Assembly (NCBI GenBank): GCA_022813865.1
Contig: JALDZX010000078.1
Coordinates: 1-64,000, forward strand
Direction: 5' to 3'
DNA length: 64,000 nucleotides
Source: Xylographa opegraphella
Taxonomy: Eukaryota
Positions 36,955 through 50,368 of the stretch are shown here, piece by piece (positions within the stretch are counted from its first letter, which is position 1; each line of letters begins with the position of its first letter). The translations under genes were made by a program, and so were the position numbers. The notes beneath the pieces are model-generated. The model saw nothing but the letters and a program-made list of their open reading frames with translations. It was not told the DNA's origin and searched no databases.

Positions 36955-38359
36955 ATGGACCGCTCGACTGCACCACCACAGCAGCATAAGCAGCCTTCAC
37001 GAAAAGGGAAGCGGGCGTGGAGGAAAAATGTCGATGTCTCCGAGATACAAGAGGGACTCGAAGTGGTACGGGAAGAAGTAATCCAGGGGTTAGTTTATAC
37101 CTTTTCTACAATAGTTTTCTATGCTGAACATGTTTTTACAGTGGCATCATCGCTGAAAAATCATCTGACGCACTCTTCACGCTCGACACTACCGGCTCTG
37201 TCAGCATACAGAATTCCTATAACAAAATTCACAAGCCTCTTAAAGCAGATCAGATCCTTGCCCAGCGTTCGTTAGTGCCCGCCATAGATTCCAGAAAGCG
37301 ATCAGGCGCTACCGGAAGCATCGCGGAGCCTTATAGTAAAAAACGCAAGAGCAATGGAATTAGCCCGCAAGAGTACGAAAGGCTCAAGCTTCGTGCTTAT
37401 GGGGGTGAAGCGGTCACGAAGGATATTGTCAAGACAGATGCTATTCCTAAGAATGATCCATGGGCGGAGGACAATGCCGAAGTGGAAGACCTTAGGTTCT
37501 CGTATCTTGAAAAAGCCAAGCCTGTCCGAGCACCAAAATCACTGACGGAACCTCCGGTCTCGTTACTTGGAAGCGCAAGAGTTATGCCAGCAGTAATTAA
37601 GCCCAGGCCGGGAATTAGCTACAATCCTATGTTCGATGATTGGGACCAACTTTTGACCGAAGAAGGAAACAAAGCGGTCGAGGCCGAGGAGAAGAGACGC
37701 CAGGAGGCCAAAGCTGAAGAAGAACATCAGGCTAGACTCGCGGAAGCTCAGCATGAGAGAGATGATCTCCTTACGGAAGATGAGAGCGCGTGGGAAGGCA
37801 TTGAGAGCGAGTACGAAGGCGCAGAGTGGTTGAAGAAGCGACGACCGGAGCGGAAAACACCAGCAGAGAGGAACAAGGTTAAGAGACGGAAGGAGGCAGA
37901 GCGGCAAGCTAAGCGTGACATAGAGGTCAAGAGGAGAACACAGCAAGCACTGCAAATCAAGGCGATTGCCCAACACGTGCGCTCACAGGATACAATCAAG
38001 AGCATGGCACTTGCTACGATCGGCGACTCATCGGACGAGGATATTGACGATCGGGTGCTCAGACGACGAAAGCTAGGAAAGCACCCGTGAGTCCCGCAAT
38101 CTTCTTTAGCTCGCCCAATGCTTGTATGCTAATTTTTCTTTGCAGGCTCCCTACCAAACCGCTCGAGCTTGTTCTCCCTGATGAGTTGCAGGACTCTCTG
38201 CGCCTCCTTAAGCCAGAAGGCAACCTTCTTGGGGATCGCTTTCGCAATTTAATGGTGCGAGGCAAGATCGAATCGAGGAAGCCGATTGCGCAGCCGAAGA
38301 AGGCGAAGCGAACGTACACAGAAAAGTGGACTTACAAGGACTTTACAGTTTCTGCTTAG
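36955..38359 (+). CDS. NOP53: 60S biogenesis factor Nop53 (3 exons)
   Basis: KQPSRKGKRAWRKNVD, LFTLD motif, SYNP, ELQDSLRLLKPEGNLLGDRF, EKWTYKDF. Confidence 0.95.
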
Positions 38360-39776
38360 TGCCTACATGGAGACCATCTGGATTGCCAGAGACAGACAAC
38401 CGTGCTCCATGCACGTGGGAGGAGCCACTCACGCGGCTGGGATTGCAATAGATGAGGCCGTCTCGGTCATGGAAGGCAGTGAGTGAGTGACATGAGAGGA
38501 GTCCCTGAAATCGACTTTCAAGGGTGGTGTCTTTTTTAGGAGAGGGGGGAAAAGGTAGGAAGACGCGGGATGAATGATGGCTGAGATGCGGAATCTGGCG
38601 CTTTGGACGAGGGTGATGATGGTGACAGAACCCACTTTTTCCTCCTGGGTGTTCGCTCAAGGTTAGGATGATGAAGTCGAGTGAATGGATCTTGACCCCA
38701 TGGTTGGCCATGTCCTTCAACTGCACGCTGTGATCGTCCAATGACTGCACGAGTGATGTATTTTCATAGCAAAAATAGGCCCAGTCTGCGAAGACCATTG
38801 AAAGTGAAGAATGTAGTCATTCGGGGAAAAAGGTGGGACAGACACGGAAGATGGAGGAATGGTATGGAGTCCTACAAAGAGTGTGAAGGGACTCCTCAGC
38901 TAGATGTGGAATCCACAGTGCCGTGCCCCGAACGCTCTGGATTGAATGTAAGTCATGACACCGAATACAGCTGCACCGATGCCTCGAGCTCTGTCGCGGT
39001 GTCATCCGTCGCCCAGTGATGATCAAGGGATGGCCTTGAGAGTCACAGGTGGGCGGCTGTCTGAGAACATGTTCGTGCTGTGTCACAAGCATGATTCGGC
39101 AGATTGCGGTGCGTTGATACACCATCCACCGTAGTTGAGATGTCAGCCGTGAACGCACGGCTCTTCAGGCTGACCATGGGATATCAATCCCATGCAACGC
39201 CTTGGACACATTGAAGCCGCAATCTGGCTCGATGAGCTACATTGACTCGTCGGTCACAGGAACTATAGCTGCATCTCCTCACTTCTCCAAATTGGATTTC
39301 GTGGCCAGCGGGGAGTGTCCAAAACTTTCAACGGACATTTTGGTTTGCAAGCTCTAAGCCTGCTCCTTCTGCGTACGTCGTATATTACTTGGATACAACT
39401 GTAGCCGCGAACTTCCAAGTGTCCTGTATCTATACGGTGCCTTTTTTCTTAATGATTGAACGTTGTCGTAGGGAGGCCTGGCTTCCATCATCGGGGTCGA
39501 TAACTCTTCTTGGATTCGGTATATATGAGGCGGAGGTGGAGCAGTTTCATATTCCTCTCCTATTCGCCCTCAAGCGGCTAAAGAAATAATGCTTCATGCC
39601 CGGCGGCTCTGGCTTTTTGATTCTTGTGGCTACGAGTATCTACATTATTGCATTCCTCGTCTGCCCATTGTTTGAGTGGAAGCGGCACCCAAACCTCAAA
39701 CAAGCCGATGGTTTAAATCCGGGGGCCCCCTCGGCCCCTAAAGTCTCCGCGCTCGGCCTTAAATTGGCGGGCAACC

Positions 39777-39821
39777 GCCTCAAGCCTCAAGCCTCAAGCC
39801 TCAAGCCTCAAGCCTCAAGCC
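39777..39821 (+). repeat. Perfect heptamer tandem repeat (GCCTCAA)x6 plus GCC
   Basis: Directly visible about 430 bp upstream of the trehalase ATG. Confidence 0.95.
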
Positions 39822-40244
39822 GGTCACTTGCACGTTACCCCACAAACCTTTACGCGGTAGTTCGTACCTACCTACAGAGTAAGGTACCTTACCTACTCTG
39901 AAGTACTAAGCCGGTACTAGGGACCTATGACGTCTCATTTGTCGATGGTTCGATCATCGTGGAAGTACCAAGGACTTGGTCTTTGTACTTTGTTGCCCGA
40001 TGTGACTCCTCTGTTGTCTGTGCCCCTCCGCCTGACATGGCTGAAAGCTCGTTGGCGTTGTACTAACAGGCAAGACGACTTCCCAAATCAACTGCAGATT
40101 TGTGTACATCCGCTCTTTCTTTACCCTCTCTCCTATAATGTACATACCTATTGCACATAAATATCTCTATAGAATTGACCTTCTAGGAGCACATTGAGTC
40201 AAGTCCAGTCACCGCACGTGGTTCCCATTTAAAACTATTTCACC

Positions 40245-43200
40245 ATGCTTTCCAGGGATTCCCGATATTTTACCCTGTTTCTTTGGATCCTGCTTCTCCT
40301 ACCTATCAAGTCCGTGTGGTGTCTTCTCTACGATACTCGGTTCCCTGGCACCACCTGGGACAGCGAAAACCGCATACTTTCCACGACTGCATTCAATCCT
40401 GGGCAGTACCAGACCCGACAGTCGAGTGCGAATGGGTACTTGGGGATCAACCTTGCCGCTGTCGGGCCATTCTTCGAATATGACCAACCTGTCGACGGCG
40501 ACAACATCATTGGTTGGCCGCTCTTCAACCGGAGACAGACCTTTGCTACCATCAGCGGACTGTGGAATGAACAGCCGACCACCAACGGTACGAATTTCCC
40601 ATGGTTGGAAGCGTTCGGAGGGGAGAGCGTTATCAGCGGGATTCCACATTGGGGTGGGCTTCTAGTGGTTCTTGAGAACGGTGCAGTTCTCAATTCGACG
40701 GTCTATCCGGGAGCGATATCCAACTTCACTAGCTCCCTGGATTTCAAGCGGGGGGTCTCAACGTGGCAGTATGTATGGACGCCGAACGATTCGTTGGGGT
40801 CGTACTTCAACATCATGTATACCCTCTTTACCCATAAGCTCTTCGTCAACCAGGCCGTTGTCCACCTTGAGATTGAACCTTCTCAAGATTGCAATGTCTC
40901 TATCGTCAACATCCTCGATGGTAGATGTGCCGTCAGAACGAGTTTTATTGGTAGTGGTGTTGATGGTGACTTGATTTACAGCGCCGTGAGCCCTTCAGGC
41001 GTCCAGAACGTGACAGGATACGTGTATGCAGGTATGCAAGGCACTCCAGAGGTCAACTTGTCATCCCTGGCTTTGGTTTCCAACAAAGCGTATATCGAGG
41101 CCAACGATTCCACGATCGCTCAGATGGTTCAGGCGAACCTGAAAGCCGGAACAGTCACCAGCGTGACAAAATATGTTGGAGCGGCTTCTTCCGACGGATA
41201 CCTAGATCCTCAAGGACAGGCGAAGAACGCGTCTCTCAAGGCTATGGCGCTGGGCTACGAGGAGTCCCTCATCTACCACGCCGCAGAATGGGCCATCGTG
41301 CTCCCAGACGATTCAATCGACAGCTATGCATATCCTGAGAACGGGACGCTCCCTGCAGACCCGAATATCATCGAAGCGGCAATCATGGCGGTAGTCAATT
41401 CCTTCTACTTGCTGATGAACACCGTGGGTCAGGACGCAATCGCAAATGTTACCAACGCACCGATCGATACTAACAGTATCGCTGTCTGTGGCCTGACTTC
41501 AGATTGCTATGCCGGTCAAATCTTCTGGGACGCCGAAGTCTGGATGCAGCCCGGCCTCGTGGTCGCCTTTCCGGGTGCAGCCAAGCAGATCGCAAAGTAC
41601 CGTGTCGCCACGTACTCGCAAGCACGAGCCAACGTGCAGACGGCATTCACCTCGTCTAAGAATAACACTGTTTTCTCCAAAGGCGCAGCGGTATATCCAT
41701 GGACGAGTGGAAGATACGGTAATTGCACAGCCGTAGGCCCGTGCTTCGATTACGAAGAGCATATCAATTCAGACATCGCGCTCCAGATGTACAACTACTA
41801 TGTTGCATCTGGAGATGCCCTCTACTTCGAGCAGGAGTTGCTGCCCATTATCACCTCGATCGCCACTTTCTTCGTAGACGTCTTGGCCAAGAACGGCAGC
41901 TCCTATTCCCTAACAAATATGACCGACCCCGACGAATATGCCAACCACGTCGATAACGGAGCCTTCACTATGGCCTCCATCAGTAGTACCCTCACTGCCC
42001 TCAACTTCTTCCGCGAGCTCTTCAACCTGCCCCGTAATACCACCTACGACGACATCGCCGCTAATGTACTTATCTCTCGTGATCCTGCCACTGATATCAC
42101 ACTGGAGTACACCGGCATGAACGGCTCCGTTTCCGTCAAGCAGGCGGATGTCGTTCTCAACACGTTCCCACTAAACTACCAGCGTAACTACACGCTCACG
42201 GAAATGCAGCAAGACCTTGATTACTATGCTGGCAAGCAGTCCGATGACGGCCCTGGTATGACATTCGCCATCTTCAGCATCGTGGCCGAGGAGATTTCCC
42301 CCTCCGGCTGCTCCTCCTACACCTACCAGCAGTACTCTACCCATCCGTACGCACGCGCCCCATGGTTCCAGCTCTCCGAGCAGCTCATCGACGACTACAC
42401 ACTGAACGGTGGCACGCACCCTGCCTTTCCATTCTTAACCGGCCACGGCGGCGCCATGCAGATCACCCTTTTCGGATATCTGGGCCTGCGTCTAGTACCT
42501 GACTTTGTACTGCACGTCAACCCCAGCCTTCCCCCACAAATCCCCCACCTTCGGTACCGCACCTTCTACTGGGCCGGATGGCCCATCAAGGCAGTCGCAA
42601 ACATGACACACACTACGCTCACTCGTCTCAGCACGCCGTACATGTCCGCGAACATGACTTACATGAACACATCCATCCCCGTCGAGGCCGGTGCAGCAGG
42701 CCGTTTCACTGCGTACACACTCCCGCCAAACGGCACTATCGCCATTCCGCACCACTTGGAAGGCTACAACAAGACGGTTCCCGGAGACATTGCACAATGC
42801 CTCCCCACCAGCTCCGACGGCGCCTGGGAGCCCGGACAATTCCCCCTCTCGGCTGTCGACGGTGCCGCCTCCACGAAATGGCAGCCCACGCGCGTTGACA
42901 TCCCACAGTCTATGACCGTTGACCTTTCCACCGTACCAATCCAGCAGATCTTGGCGTTGTATTTTGATTGGGCAGATGACCCGCCCGTCAACGCGACGGT
43001 GGTCTTTCACAACAAAACCATTGTTGCGGCATCTGATATACCGATAGTGCTGACCAATATCACCATTAGTAATCCGTACATGCCGAGCGGGGCAAGCCGC
43101 ATCATCCCGTATGAGGGCAATACAACGAGGGTGGAACTCGCTTCTGTGGTGTGGAGCGGGAAATATGCGACTCTGACGGTTGAGGGGAGTCAAGGAGGCA

Positions 43201-43253
43201 TGGGCGTAGGTGCGAGTGTGGCGGAGTTTGCACCGATTGGCGCGAATGGATGA
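40245..43253 (+). CDS. ATH1: Secreted acid trehalase, GH65 (intronless)
   Basis: Signal peptide; ANGYLG, GWPLF, YAGQIFWDAE, MTDPDEYAN, VKQADV, GPGMT, HPAFPFLTGHGG; C-terminal AVDGAASTKWQP domain; many N-glycosylation sequons. Confidence 0.93.
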   Translation: MLSRDSRYFTLFLWILLLLPIKSVWCLLYDTRFPGTTWDSENRILSTTAFNPGQYQTRQSSANGYLGINLAAVGPFFEYDQPVDGDNIIGWPLFNRRQTFATISGLWNEQPTTNGTNFPWLEAFGGESVISGIPHWGGLLVVLENGAVLNSTVYPGAISNFTSSLDFKRGVSTWQYVWTPNDSLGSYFNIMYTLFTHKLFVNQAVVHLEIEPSQDCNVSIVNILDGRCAVRTSFIGSGVDGDLIYSAVSPSGVQNVTGYVYAGMQGTPEVNLSSLALVSNKAYIEANDSTIAQMVQANLKAGTVTSVTKYVGAASSDGYLDPQGQAKNASLKAMALGYEESLIYHAAEWAIVLPDDSIDSYAYPENGTLPADPNIIEAAIMAVVNSFYLLMNTVGQDAIANVTNAPIDTNSIAVCGLTSDCYAGQIFWDAEVWMQPGLVVAFPGAAKQIAKYRVATYSQARANVQTAFTSSKNNTVFSKGAAVYPWTSGRYGNCTAVGPCFDYEEHINSDIALQMYNYYVASGDALYFEQELLPIITSIATFFVDVLAKNGSSYSLTNMTDPDEYANHVDNGAFTMASISSTLTALNFFRELFNLPRNTTYDDIAANVLISRDPATDITLEYTGMNGSVSVKQADVVLNTFPLNYQRNYTLTEMQQDLDYYAGKQSDDGPGMTFAIFSIVAEEISPSGCSSYTYQQYSTHPYARAPWFQLSEQLIDDYTLNGGTHPAFPFLTGHGGAMQITLFGYLGLRLVPDFVLHVNPSLPPQIPHLRYRTFYWAGWPIKAVANMTHTTLTRLSTPYMSANMTYMNTSIPVEAGAAGRFTAYTLPPNGTIAIPHHLEGYNKTVPGDIAQCLPTSSDGAWEPGQFPLSAVDGAASTKWQPTRVDIPQSMTVDLSTVPIQQILALYFDWADDPPVNATVVFHNKTIVAASDIPIVLTNITISNPYMPSGASRIIPYEGNTTRVELASVVWSGKYATLTVEGSQGGMGVGASVAEFAPIGANG

Positions 43254-44679
43254 GAGGCGTGATCAGGTGGTCTGTTTGTACAGTAATTCGGAAGATATAG
43301 GGAAGATGATGAGAAGGTGCGATGTGCTGTCAAAAGCTTGGAGGAAGCCGTTGGACTGAAATATAAATCAGTGAAAGTTTGGATGAGCTCGACGATCTGA
43401 GTTGCTGTTGTTGAATAGATGCTGTTTAGTAGGGGTTCTGGAGGTCGCCGTAATACAAGCGATGGCGCAGCATACTGATAAGTAGGGAGATTTTTAGAAA
43501 TTTGAGAAGACTGGGAGGCCCCTGGTGGCAGGACGATGGGCAATGTGGGAGTACCGCGATATCATGAGAGCGAGATGATGGATCCTATCGTATGATAGAT
43601 AAAGGGGCGCTGTGATCTATGGAGCGACATGATCCATTAAGACTGTAGCCAATAATTTTGGAGATACCCCTTTCTGATAGCGATTGAATATTGTTCCAAA
43701 ATTAATCTCCAAGACTAAATACTCACACAGACAGCATAGCACACACAAATCCATGTCTTCTTGAACTTTATTTCTATGAGATAGATTTCTTGATAGTGGT
43801 ACACTCAACGGTAAATCCTAGTCAAATGATGCAATAGTAGTTGCGACAGGGACGGCAGAAGATTCAAAACAAAGCCATCCATATACTATAAGGAAGTAGA
43901 AATATGCTAAGCAGCGAGCGGATACACGAGGTGTACAAGAGCGACGGCGGGTGAAAAGTTTGCTTTTCATGTAGGCCTTCGTTCACCTAGCGCCGCCTTT
44001 TCCAAATTGATTTGAGCATAGCCATTGTCTGACCTTATCGCAAGAGAACGAATACGTCCTTATTGCTTCAAATGCTCTGTGGTTGCCGCTTGGCTGAGAT
44101 TGACCTTGGAGAAACGTTTCCTTACTTCTTTCATAATACCGGCTTTCATAAGAGCTACGTTATAAGCTCCACAAAATCTTCCAGCGGCCAGGAAGTGGGA
44201 CGCATGATGACCAATGGTTTGGAAACAGGCAGGATAATTCAGAGCACCGTAAGAATCAGCGAGGAAATGTAACTCGAGTCGTGAATTCAGGGATGTACAG
44301 CACAATTGTCTCTGGTAATTTTAACATACGAGACAGGGAGCTGAACGTCCGTTACACCTCCACTTACAGCGCGGCCTTGCGAATATTATGTTACTCTGAT
44401 ACTTGTAGTAGTTAGTGAATAGTGTGTGGTATCATGGACCGACAACCTCTGAAGCGAGCTCAGGCGATCCCTTGCAAAAAGTACGCGCTAGGGCTGCCGC
44501 GCTAGAAGATCAAAGGCAGCTCCACGAGTCGTACACCTAGAGAGAGCCAGACATCGAGTTCTTGACTTCATCCACACATATTCACACCACCTGCACCTTC
44601 GACGCATACACGGCTGCCCTGTTCCTAGTATAGTTCACAAAGGCCCCACAACGCTCCCTCTCCTCCACACACCGTCAGA

Positions 44680-45368
44680 ATGGTACACCACACCCTCCCC
44701 AATCTCACCACACCACTAACTCCCCTCTCCCCCAGGCCCTCCGCATCGCCCCCTCCTCCGCCCACCCCACCTCCACCACCAACCTCACACTCAACAACCC
44801 CTCGAGCTCCCTGACCGCGGGCGCCCCCTCGGCCCCTGGTCTCCACGACACCCTCCGCGCCTCGCTCTCCACCGCCTCCCCAACCATCAACCCGGCCACC
44901 ACGCCCGCCACTCTGCAGTCCGCGCATCCGCTTGAAGCCAGGCTCGCGCACTGGCGCTCGACGCAGCAGAGCCTGAAGATGGAAGGCCTGCGCCGTACGT
45001 ACGGCATCGCGGAACCGGTCCGCAGAGCCATGGAGATTAAGATCTGTCGAGACGGGGAGTGGCGCGCTGCGGCGCTGGGGGGAAGCGCGGGCGTGAGTGG
45101 GGATGTGTTGGAGGGGAGGGATGAGAGGGTGGAGTGGGAGGATGTTTTTGGTGGTGAGTGGTATTTAACTTTGGGTCGTGTTGGGTTTGCGGTCGTCGGA
45201 GACTGGGTTGGAGCAGAGGGTGAAAAGGAAGAGGGAGGACTGAGTCCTCGGGGATGGACTGATAGTTGGGAAAATGGTTGCTAACGTGTCGTGTGTTTAG
45301 GCGACGAGACCAGAGAAGCGGTGGACTTCCACTTGGAGATGGAGCAGCGACTCAAGATGAGCTGGTAG
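44680..45368 (+). CDS. UMP1: Proteasome maturation factor Ump1 (3 exons; first coding exon is ATG only)
   Basis: ATG|intron 44683-44735|ALRIAP..APSAPGLHDTLR..HPLEARLAHW..LRRTYGIAEPVRRAME..WEDVF|..FHLEMEQRLKMSW*. Confidence 0.92.
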
Positions 45369-45934
45369 AGTGTGGAGGCAGTCGTGTGGGCTGAGCAGAT
45401 GCATAGGGCGGGAAGGTCCTGCACGGCCTGGCATGAATAGACTGCGCTTCCGAGGTCGTAGTCGTGGGCCGTGGCTGTTTTCACCAAAACCATTGACTTC
45501 TCCCGTCCATCAAGTATTTTGCACCCTCGTCCGTGACAGAGCAGGGTTTCTCGCAAATCATAAACACTATTTAATGAATAGACTATCCAGAATCATATCC
45601 ATGACTCCAGTACTTTCGCGATCTATATTACACGAGAAAACGACTGATGTAGATACAGTGCGATGTGGATAGCTCCGTTGCCGCCCAAGGCCGAACCTGG
45701 AAGTGTCCTAAAGTCCTAAAACATATTCCCCTCCCTCACCCCACCGCCTTGCAATGCGACGGCGGTCCAGACGCCCTCTCGCCATGTAATGCAGAGATAA
45801 GATAATGATGGAAGGTGTGGTGAAATGTGAACCACGCAAACCTTGGGCCCAAACAGTAGACGATTCCCTGCTCCGATGCCATTAACGCAAGTCGGCGGAG
45901 ACACCAGGAACTGATGACGGCAACAACATGACCC

Positions 45935-46905
45935 TCACATGAGAATGCAACGACACCCAGGAGTCCTTTCGTTACCGTCTCTGTCTCGTGCTCCGCCCTT
46001 GGCTATTCTGGCGTCCTCGTCATCCACGACATCCTGGGGTTTTACAGTCATATGAACCACGTGAGGCGCTTCGCCAATTGTAAATTTCCCATCTACGTGG
46101 AGCAGATTAGCTTAATGTCAAACGTGCACTGCTTCTTGGTGATTTCAAAATTACCCTTCAGATGTGATTTGTCGTCCAGCATCTTGCCATAATGGATCAG
46201 GCGTATAGAACTTGGACTTGAAGGTCTTGGTTCCCACTCTATGGAGAAAGTCAGAAATGGAACGTGCAAGTCGGCGCTCTGCGTGGGGAAGTACGGACCT
46301 TCTCGCCAATCCCTCCATATTAACTCTTTCAATGTATAAACACTCATATTGACAGGATTATTATCCACTACATTGACATTTCTTTTCTTCAAGTATCGTT
46401 CGTCGATTCTGTAAGGATGTCTCGCACCGGTGTGTAGCAACAAAGTGATAATCAGCTGTGGTCCTGTTGACTCTGGTAATTTGGGCATAGGTGAAGGCTT
46501 GTCCGTTGCTGGACCTATGGCAGGATGCGTCTGCTCTCGCGTGAGAGTATTTGGTGCTTCGGTAGAAACGTTCTGCAAACTGTCTGATGGATCGGAAGGA
46601 GGTTCTATTTGCTTCGAGTTGTTTGTTGGCAAGGATGCATCGGCAGGTAGCTGTTGATGGCCGTTCGGATTCTCGGCAGGGTACCTATAGTCGGAAGAGG
46701 GCAAGGCTGCGGCCTGAACTGTTGTATCTCTTGTCTGAGAGCTGAGATCAGACATTTCGAGGCGTTCCGAGGAGGGGTAAGAACCAATCGCAGTTGAAGG
46801 CGGCTCGAGATGGCATCCCTCCGGTATCGAGCCAACGTTCGAGAGATTTGAAGCCGCATTTTGCGCCATTGTCCCCTCCTCCTGGGGGTTCCCCATCGAG
46901 GTCAT
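45935..46905 (-). CDS. Membrane-anchored ubiquitin-fold protein, UBL3/MUB-like (3 exons)
   Basis: ITLLLHTGARHPY, SVYTLKELIWRDWR|EWEPRPSSPSSIRLIHYGKMLDD, PHVVHMTVKP; ends GCRCILM* (CaaX with upstream Cys). Confidence 0.85.
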
Positions 46906-47796
46906 GATGGTACGTCGCAAATGCGCAGATGACACCGATGGAGAAGATAAGACTCGAGCCCGTTCGATCACTCCTTACACTCAAGAGATTGGGGTGCCAG
47001 ACTTCAGAAAGAGGCGGTGGCGTCGCGTGGTCTGTTGCCAACGAATGTATCAGCAGACGTGCCAGTACAGGTCTATCAGCGATGGCCGAGTTTCACATAC
47101 AAGAATACACAATGCATCAAAACAGCTCACTGCGCTGACATGGAGGGAGGAGGCTCAGACTGTAAGCCCCGATAGTCAGAAGCGCCGATCACAGTCGGAG
47201 GGTCGTCGACAATACTAATGGATCCGGGAATACTCTACTTTACTGGCGGAAGCTCCGGTCAAGCATTGGCCGTACTGTCGATCACCCGGGCTGGCGTAGA
47301 TTGGCGAATGACCTGATAAGTGATGACAACCTTCTTTAGCTGCTTCGGTCGATAGCGGGGACGCGGCTGAGGGTTGCAGAATAGGTGAGGCTAGATGGCC
47401 GAGCAGGATAATGCGTCGTATCTTGGATAGAATATTATTAAAAATTTTATATCGTGTGAAAGATGTCACTCTGCCTTCGGGATGAACCTTCCGCTGACGT
47501 TGCTTTGGGAGGCAGGAGGCGAGAAAGCCCTGGTGAGGTACTGACGTTTCCTGGTAAGAGCGAAATGGTGCGGAATATGCGGGAAGAACAGTCTAGCTTC
47601 GCACCATATTCGTTGATGCTTTGCTTTATATCAGACCACCAACTCCCGTGGTGAGCGTCGGACCGGCATTGCGAAGCTCGGATTCAACCTGCATCCAACG
47701 GTGGCGGATCATTTACCTACCTACGCAGCTCTTTACGGAGTAGACTAGGTCCTAGTACTACGAAGTACCTTCACCCACGTTGTCGAAATCAAAAGA

Positions 47797-49417
47797 CTAA
47801 ACCCATTTGTTGTACATTTTCACGTCTTCTGCCTTAACCCCCACCATTTCCTGCTTCACCTCCAGCAGTCTCACTTTGCCAATCATGGCTTTCTGTCCTT
47901 CTTCGGTTATCTTGTAGTCATCAAGGAACCGACTGAGGTTGTCCACAGTCTCTGCACTATCTTTAACCAGCATGGCGATGGCGTCGAAGCCGCCAGCACC
48001 CGGTACCAGCCCTCCTACAACCCCTGGCAATTCCGAGCATGCGTCGATGAGTTCGGTCTGAACTTTGGGTTCTATGGGAACTCCAGCCTTTTCAGACATC
48101 TCGCGCACAAGCGACCGTATGGTCAGGATAATGCCACGAAGGTTCGCGCAGGAGACTGTCGATGCAGTCCCGCCGGTTGCGAGCCGCCGGAGTTCAGCTG
48201 CGAGATCTTCATTCCCCTTCTGCAAAGTCGCCCAGAGTAGCGCTGCCTCCTCCTGGTTCTCCTTGCGCCAAGTAAAAACTTTTTTCACCATGGCCGGAGT
48301 CTCAGATCCACAATCCACGTCGCACATCACCAGCCTCAGGCCTTTCGGGATGTGGATTTCTGATCTTTGGATCTGAGTATCCCACAAGTTTGGGGTTGAG
48401 TTGTCATTGACTGTTACTAACAGTCTTTTTGCAAAGCCTGGAGAGCCAAGTTCGCCGAGGCGTTCCAAGACAGCCGGACTAAATCGGCGATATATACATG
48501 AGCCATAGACTGCTGCGGCGACATCAAAGCCAGAGCCTATCTTGCCTTGAGCGTTACAATGTGCAGCTTGTGCTAGGTTGTGGACGCGTGCCTTTCCTGC
48601 ATCCGAATCAATAACAACTGTGTCTACCGGCAGATAATGAAGGAGCACGGCTGCTACGAAGGCAGTCACCAGAGCAGCTGACGAGCCTAATCCAGTTTTG
48701 TGAGCCTTATGCAACGGTACGCCAAAGTCGACGAAGCGGTCTATACGGGCAGTCGACGAATTGAGGGCACCTTGTCGGGAGTAATAATCCGAATCGGCAA
48801 AGATAGTAATGGTAGCCGGTTTTATGTTGAAGGATGTGTGACACGATACATATGTAAGTGTGTAGGCCAAGGCCGTCTCGACAAAATGATTGCGCGGTTG
48901 TGTAGGGGACGAATGGCTGTAAAGGGATCGATAATCAGTGATGCCTGAGCCTAGTTGTGTGCAATACGGCTTCAGGGGATGGGTATCAAGGAGGGAGAAG
49001 TCTTCAGTATCTGTGGGTGAAGGTATTTGGGTAGGCAATATCAGATTACATTGGATTCAGGTACACCCCATACGGCTTTGCAACCACAGGACGTAGACTG
49101 AAACGACATTATTGCAATATAGCAGGGTTACCAAAGAGGGTACATGATACGAACAGTTCTCACCCTGCCAATTGGATGACTTCAACACCACCATTGTCCT
49201 CTGTTAACCGATATCCATATCTCCACTCCGCGGCTCTGAACTGCGGTGAACGAACGATGATCTCGGAAAGGCTGACTCCGCTTGATGTGTGCAGCTCATC
49301 CACATGTACATGGATACGAGCGTTAAGTCCGAAGACAAGACCGGTATAGTCTCGATCGACAACAAGATATCCTCCTGCCAGCAACACCTTGCCTGGCGCA
49401 GAGACCGCCGTTGCCAT
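47797..49417 (-). CDS. ERG8: Phosphomevalonate kinase (2 exons; intron 48917-49163)
   Basis: SAPGKVLLAGGYL, KTGLGSSAALVT, AHCNAQGKIGSGFDVAAAVYGS, PGAGGFDA. Confidence 0.97.
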
Positions 49418-50341
49418 TACTGGAAGCCTCAGCTCGGGATCGGCTGGGGTGGGTGTCTCAGCATACGCAACTGTACTTGGACAGTATTACGACAGGTGCA
49501 CTTGCGGGCTGGTGACGATAATCCCTCGAGGCCGTTCGCGGTACGGCCTGTTCTGCGGTTCTTGTGTGGGAGTATGAAGAGAATTGAGGGAATTAGTCAT
49601 CCGGCCGAGGGCATGCCAGAGGCCCGAGGCCGAAACGATGGGTCGGAACGGGAGCTATTTTAGGGACCGAGCCAATCACATCGGGCACTCGGGATGCTTA
49701 GCGTGGTCGTATGAGTCCGTTGCGTCCGCCTAGAAAATAATGAGGGAAAAGACGGCGGAGAGTTGCTGTATACCTGTCTGCGACCTTCGAACCTGCACGA
49801 TCTTTCCCTTCGTTTCAATCACTGGTATCACGTCTGAAGACGCTTCCTTCTTTCGCGAGGCAAGCATCCAGCTGTCCTGGCCAGCTGATCACGTACTGTT
49901 GCGTGCCGTCCCTGCTACCTCTTAATCTCTACCAAAGTTCGAGTCTTTTTCAACTGTGTACTCGTCATACCATTTCGACCTTCACTATTGAAAACACACC
50001 GTTCATACTCATTGAGTACTGACACCATTGACCTATCACTTCTGTTGCCTGCCTAAGGACTCTGAAATATCACTTCTTCGTCAACGGTTTTCCCGGGTTC
50101 ATAGTTTTCTCGACAATATTGGCAAGCGATTCGTATTGACTGCACGAATTATAGCAGCGTCAAAACCTCTCAATATCTCAATAATATAGCGCGTTCTCAG
50201 GCGACCGTGTCGTCAGATGAACCTGCATTCGACCTTACCCCTGTTCATACAGTCAGTCCTGATCTTTCACTCAACCCAATCTCATTTCCTTCTGCCCTTG
50301 CCACAGAGACTAATGTACAGATTCAGTCAAACTTCTCTGAC

Positions 50342-50368
50342 ATGAGAGGGATCTCTTCTCGAGACTAA
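50342..50368 (+). promoter_or_regulatory. uORF (MRGISSRD*) whose TAA directly abuts the PPR start codon
   Basis: ATG AGA GGG ATC TCT TCT CGA GAC TAA|ATG. Confidence 0.55.

Noticed and set aside
39040..39100. GGG..CTGAGA as a TPP riboswitch
   Set aside because: Lacks the downstream TGATC..GATAAT..AGCG core and there is no thiamine gene nearby.
39777..39821. Repeat array as CRISPR or telomere
   Set aside because: No spacers and not TTAGGG-like; a simple microsatellite in eukaryotic DNA.
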